Origin: Raillietiella orientalis | Taxonomy: Eukaryota | Length of the DNA: 64,000 nt | Assembly (NCBI GenBank): GCA_036172245.1 | Contig: JAYWIR010000038.1 | Location: 1 to 64,000 of the forward strand | Reading direction: 5' to 3' | Shown here: one piece after another, positions 59,701-64,000 of the stretch | Layout: the number at the start of each line of letters is the position of its first letter | Position numbering within the stretch: position 1 is the first letter of the stretch | Notes under the pieces: generated by a model | What the model saw: the letters and a program-made list of their open reading frames with translations, nothing else | Told to the model about the DNA's origin: nothing | Databases searched by the model: none | Translations under genes and position numbers: made by a program

Positions 59701-61099
59701 CGACCGCAGATGGGGTTCCATAAAGTAACTCCGTTCGGTGGCCAAGGGAACATTAAGAGATTCAAACTCCTCATCTCCTTCGTGCGAAGAGATGGGCGAG
59801 ACCCCATACACATGCGGAACTGAAGACTTTGGTCGGAAAGCCTTCCGAAAGCGACAAAACTGGGCAGCACGAGTTGAACGGTATTCCCGGTTTTTCCCAC
59901 CTCGGGAACACGCCACACCACCCAGATCATCCAGGATTGGATCCGTCGCGAAGCGGAGATTTTTCGACGACTCCCCACGTTGGCCGGACGAACGTCGAAA
60001 GACAATCGGGTGAGGCATCGCGCCCTCTGCACCAAAGCGCCTCTTCGGGACACACAGTGAACCACCGATCCCCGTGTGTGTTGCTCAAAAATTGGAGGCG
60101 CCATGTCAGCTGGGGATAACGCGGGAAAACGCCAGTGCACGGTCAAGACGTCCGAGGCAGCTCGTTCTCGCACTTCCATGCTTGCTGCACATCGTATCCC
60201 TCAATCCATGCGTGCTCGGAACCTCGACAAAGTGTTGAGTAGCAACTGCTACCCATGGTTATCAACTGGGATTCTTCCGTAGTGAAGCTGCCGAATACGC
60301 CTCTCCAGCCAGTGCGTTCGCCGCTTCTCCTCCCACACGGTGCACACACGAGAGTGCCTGCGGGCGAAATCGAAGCTGGGGAGGCTCGTGCTGTGGTTGT
60401 CGTAATCCAGCTGCTCCCAAAGCAGAAACGAGACCGGACATGGAGCTCCATGAAACAGAAATACGGGTGCAGGTCCCGGAGCACTTTCGGCCTGCCCGCA
60501 TTCTACGGACCATTCCAGGGCTCCTAATGGCTTAAGAAAGCCATTGCACTTCAAAGGCACTGCTCCCTTTCTCCCTAGGAACCAAGAGAGTCCTGCTTGC
60601 CTGTCCGCTTAAAGGCAAGCAAGCGAAGCACTGAAAGAGCGTGACCGATCTTTTACGGAGATCTGAGATCACTACGACCAATCAGAAAGAGGAGAGGGAG
60701 ACATCCGGAAAAAGCACGGGGAACTTGAACCGGAAAGAAAAACCGGTCGCATCAGGGAAGAAGGAAGCGCAGGCACTGGGAATGATCACAAATTACGCAT
60801 GTAATAATAATAAACGCCCAAAGAAAAACATGGAGAACAGTACGGATAACAAAAACGCTTTTGTACATTTTTCGAACCGATCGGCACAACCCTCTCTGCT
60901 TTATCCTTCGACAATGCGTGACGTCACATTAGCGGAAGGCACAGCTGCTCCCTAATCAGAGCTACCGGGATAACATCAAAGAGCAATACACATGTGAACG
61001 CCTGAAAGTCGTAAAAGCAGGACAATGGGGCAGTCGTTCCCATTTTCGCAACGAATCGCCAAGCGCTTATTCATCGGTCCCCATTGCTCCTGCGAAGTG

Positions 61100-62780
61100 A
61101 TCTGCAGCATCGCCTAGAAAGCCCTAGGCGAAAGGTGCAAGAAAATCCGCACGAAAGGGGCAAACGGCGCGGCCTGCGTCTGCGAAGAGTCATGCAAAGA
61201 GTGCTGCTGCAAGAGCATGGCTGGGGCAGCGAGAAGCTCTATCGATGTGGCGGAGGGGTCGAAATCGGTCCACCATCGGTCCCTTGTGAGGTGCGGCCTG
61301 AGAGAACGTTCGCAGTCCGGAACGAGCCTCCGAAGGGCAAGGCGAGTAGAGGGCAGGAAACAGTCGAGGAGCGCACGTCGCGGATTAGCATCCTGAGCGC
61401 GTCCGGGTAGACAGATGTGGCGACCGAGAGTTTTGTCACGAGGGACAAACCTACGGCAACACCATGGGGAAGGCGCGGTTGGTTCACGCGCCTTAAGTGG
61501 GGGAATTTGAACCCCCCGGTTCGTGCGTGGTTCCAGGAGTTTGGTGGACCGCTTTCGTGGAGGGGTTCCTGAATCTCCGTGGGGTGCGACGCAGGCTTGC
61601 AGACGATCCCCTCGCCTATCTTGGCTGCCTCCTGAATCGGCGAGACTCGATTTCGGGAATTCCCGTGGTTTCAAAGGGTCCATCAGGTACACCGAGTGGT
61701 GCGTTCAGGTGAAGCCATCACCGTCCGCCCGTCCGTTCTTGTTAGCGTTGCTCCTTATAAAGTGACGCATGAGTCTGGGTCTCTGTTCGAGCGGGAAGCC
61801 GAAGACGGAAATACCGCAGCATCCGCGAGACTCCTTGATCTTTCTGCCTCGTATCGGGTCTTGTGGACGCTCGTCGAGCCGAAAGGGCGAACGGTCCGGA
61901 ATGACCCCCTGACTCTCACACACGCCCTTTCTATTTACGGGAAGCGTAAGGAAGGAGCCTGCACCTTCGACTTTGTCTGAACGCGAAGCACGCAGGAGAA
62001 CGCTCGCCCGTATCTTCTCGCTGTTTCTCTCTTCAAGGCAAAGAAGGTGCAAAGGGTGGCTTCTCGTCTTCGAGCCTGTCCTTTCCTCCCTTCTTTGAGG
62101 AAGCGAGCCGCCTGTGAGCTGCGGGCTGTTCCCACCAAGCCCGTCCCGTTCCCGTCGGATGTCCTGCTCCCTTTCGAACGCTTGGCTATGCTCTCCTGGA
62201 GCGAGAATTCTTCTTTGCTTCGTCCATCTTCCGTCTCGCCACTTCCTCTCGTCTCCTTCACCGCTCTGCATCACCGGCCAACGTCTGGTATGGTTCGGCA
62301 GAGCAATGCAATGAGTCTGGTTGCTCGCAACGACTTGGAGAGGAGCTCTCTGAGTGCGAGAGGAACCCTCGTGAGCTGTCCAGCTGGCAGCGACCGGCAG
62401 AGCGACTTCGCCGCCTCTCTGCCTTCCCGAGTTTTCTGCCAGCACTGCGGGGTGTGGAGTGCGCGTAAAGACGGTAAAGAGAGTTCCTCTCGCGATGCTG
62501 TGCTTCTTGTTCCCGTCTGCCTTCCTTTCGAATAGGGCTGATTTCAAGCATTACCGGTAGGGGAACCTGCTTGTTGCCTCAGAAACGAAGATGCACTCGA
62601 GTTGCGGTTGTCGGCTCGGAATCCCGCGGTGCTGAAAACACCGCGTCGATTCTGAGGCCATAAATCAATCTCCTAGAGCATCCTCCTACGACATGCCGTC
62701 TTGCTACCCCCCCCCCGCTCAAAGGGTGTCTTGCCTGTGCACCTGGCAGACCTCTTGAAACCACGGGAGTTCCCGAAATG
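61100..62780. pseudogene. Two oppositely oriented ancient LINE-like relics
   Basis: VLLQE near 61200 and GRTVRNDP..CTFDF near 61885-61975 on plus. Inverted similarity between 61650-61692 and 62737-62779, and between 61786-61835 and about 62485-62532. Confidence 0.35.
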
Positions 62781-64000
62781 TACGGTCAAGTTGCAATTGT
62801 TCTGGAGGAGGGAGTCCAAACGGGGTGTGGATAAAGTCCCTTCGCTTGGCCCTGGTCGCGTCGAAACTCTGATGCTCCTTTTTTTAACCCCCTCCCCTCC
62901 CCCGCCTCCCCGAAAGGGATGAGTTCAGTGAGCAGGAGAATTTGAAGTTCCGCAAGGAGCAGCAAGGAACGACCGGCTTGCCCGTGGATTATGCAGAGTT
63001 GCCGTCGCACGGGACTGCACTCGGAGGCTGCACCTCTCCCAAGTGACCCGCTGCAGGGAAGGAATGTCACCTAGCACCCCACCCCACCCACCAACGATCG
63101 GAGAATCCGACAGATGGACGGCGCCCAGCTTCCGATCGCTCTGCTACCTCTGCCAACGACGGCGACTCGGCGTTTCCCAGCTTCCGAGTCGGGCATGACA
63201 AAGACGAGACGAGAGACGCATGTGAAAACATTCTCGTTGCCGCTGCCGTTCTGGATGGGCCCGGGGAGATGAGAACATTACAACCGCCACGGACTAGCAA
63301 TGTCTCCCGGCAGATGCCCGGGAGACATGGCGGCCGCAGCCGCAGGAAAAAGAAAAGCGGGGAGCGAACGGTGATGTTTCTACCGACCCGGAGGCTTTGG
63401 GGAATGCCTGCTTACGGTACCAGCGAGAGCCAATTCGGGTTCGCCTGCTCAAAAGGGGCTCCTCTTACGGGACACATGGGCACATCCGAAAGAGAAGCCT
63501 TTCCCTCCTAGCAGGAAAGCGAATCACGACGTCTTTTTGTCGGCAAACATCTCTTCTGACAATACTGTGCTCCCCACCGGAAACCGCTCTCTTCCTTGGG
63601 GACAGACAAGGGCCAGAAAGGCAGCTCTGGCAATGAGGAAAAAGCGAAGAGGCAACTCGACCTTGACCTCTTTGCGCGGGCACATCCCTTTCACGCGTTC
63701 CACAGCCGCAGCACTACGCGATGACATTTCGAAAGGAAGCTGCTGCCATGGCTGCGGAGAGGTCCAGCAGAACTTTCGGTCGGCCTGGCCTCTGCTGACG
63801 GGAGGACCTCCGGAATTCCTGAATTTCGAATGAGGATCACGTGACATGCAACAAGTGTGGACGAAAAAGTTGTCACTTCGGTCTTCCAGCTCCGCCGTGA
63901 CATCGACAGCGTCTGGGGGAACACGTTGCGCAGCCTCAACCAAGGGCGGGAGAGATGAGCGCATGTTTCTTGCGCGCGCGCGCCGCCCCAGCACGGTGCA

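Noticed and set aside
61650..62779. Approximately 43-bp inverted repeat pair as MITE/DNA transposon TIRs
   Set aside because: There is no TSD, and the similarity continues patchily with unequal spacing. It is better explained by two old oppositely oriented repeat relics.

Overview
Eukaryotic (invertebrate animal) genomic DNA with short GT-AG introns of about 50-120 nt. Bases 1-39.8 kb are mostly a nested graveyard of one Tx1/L1-clade-like non-LTR retrotransposon family. Its ORF1 carries two CCHC knuckles; its ORF2 is AP-endonuclease + RT + a C-terminal Cys/His motif. One near-intact 5.5-kb copy (27509-33006, minus) is inserted into a sister copy with a 3-bp TSD. Copies share a 5' motif (CGCTC..GACGTGTTTT) and a 3' AATAAA + GC hairpin with almost no poly(A). 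An AT-rich island of about 1.1 kb (about 21960-23090) looks like decayed Wolbachia/Rickettsiales DNA, with IS66 transposase and pmbA fragments. The right part holds three host genes: an intact 11-exon prohormone convertase PC1/3-like gene (minus), NDUFB8 (plus, first exon not located) and the 3' part of a neuron navigator/unc-53/sickie AAA+ gene (minus). All homology calls come from motif recognition by eye; no database searches were run, and relic boundaries are approximate.
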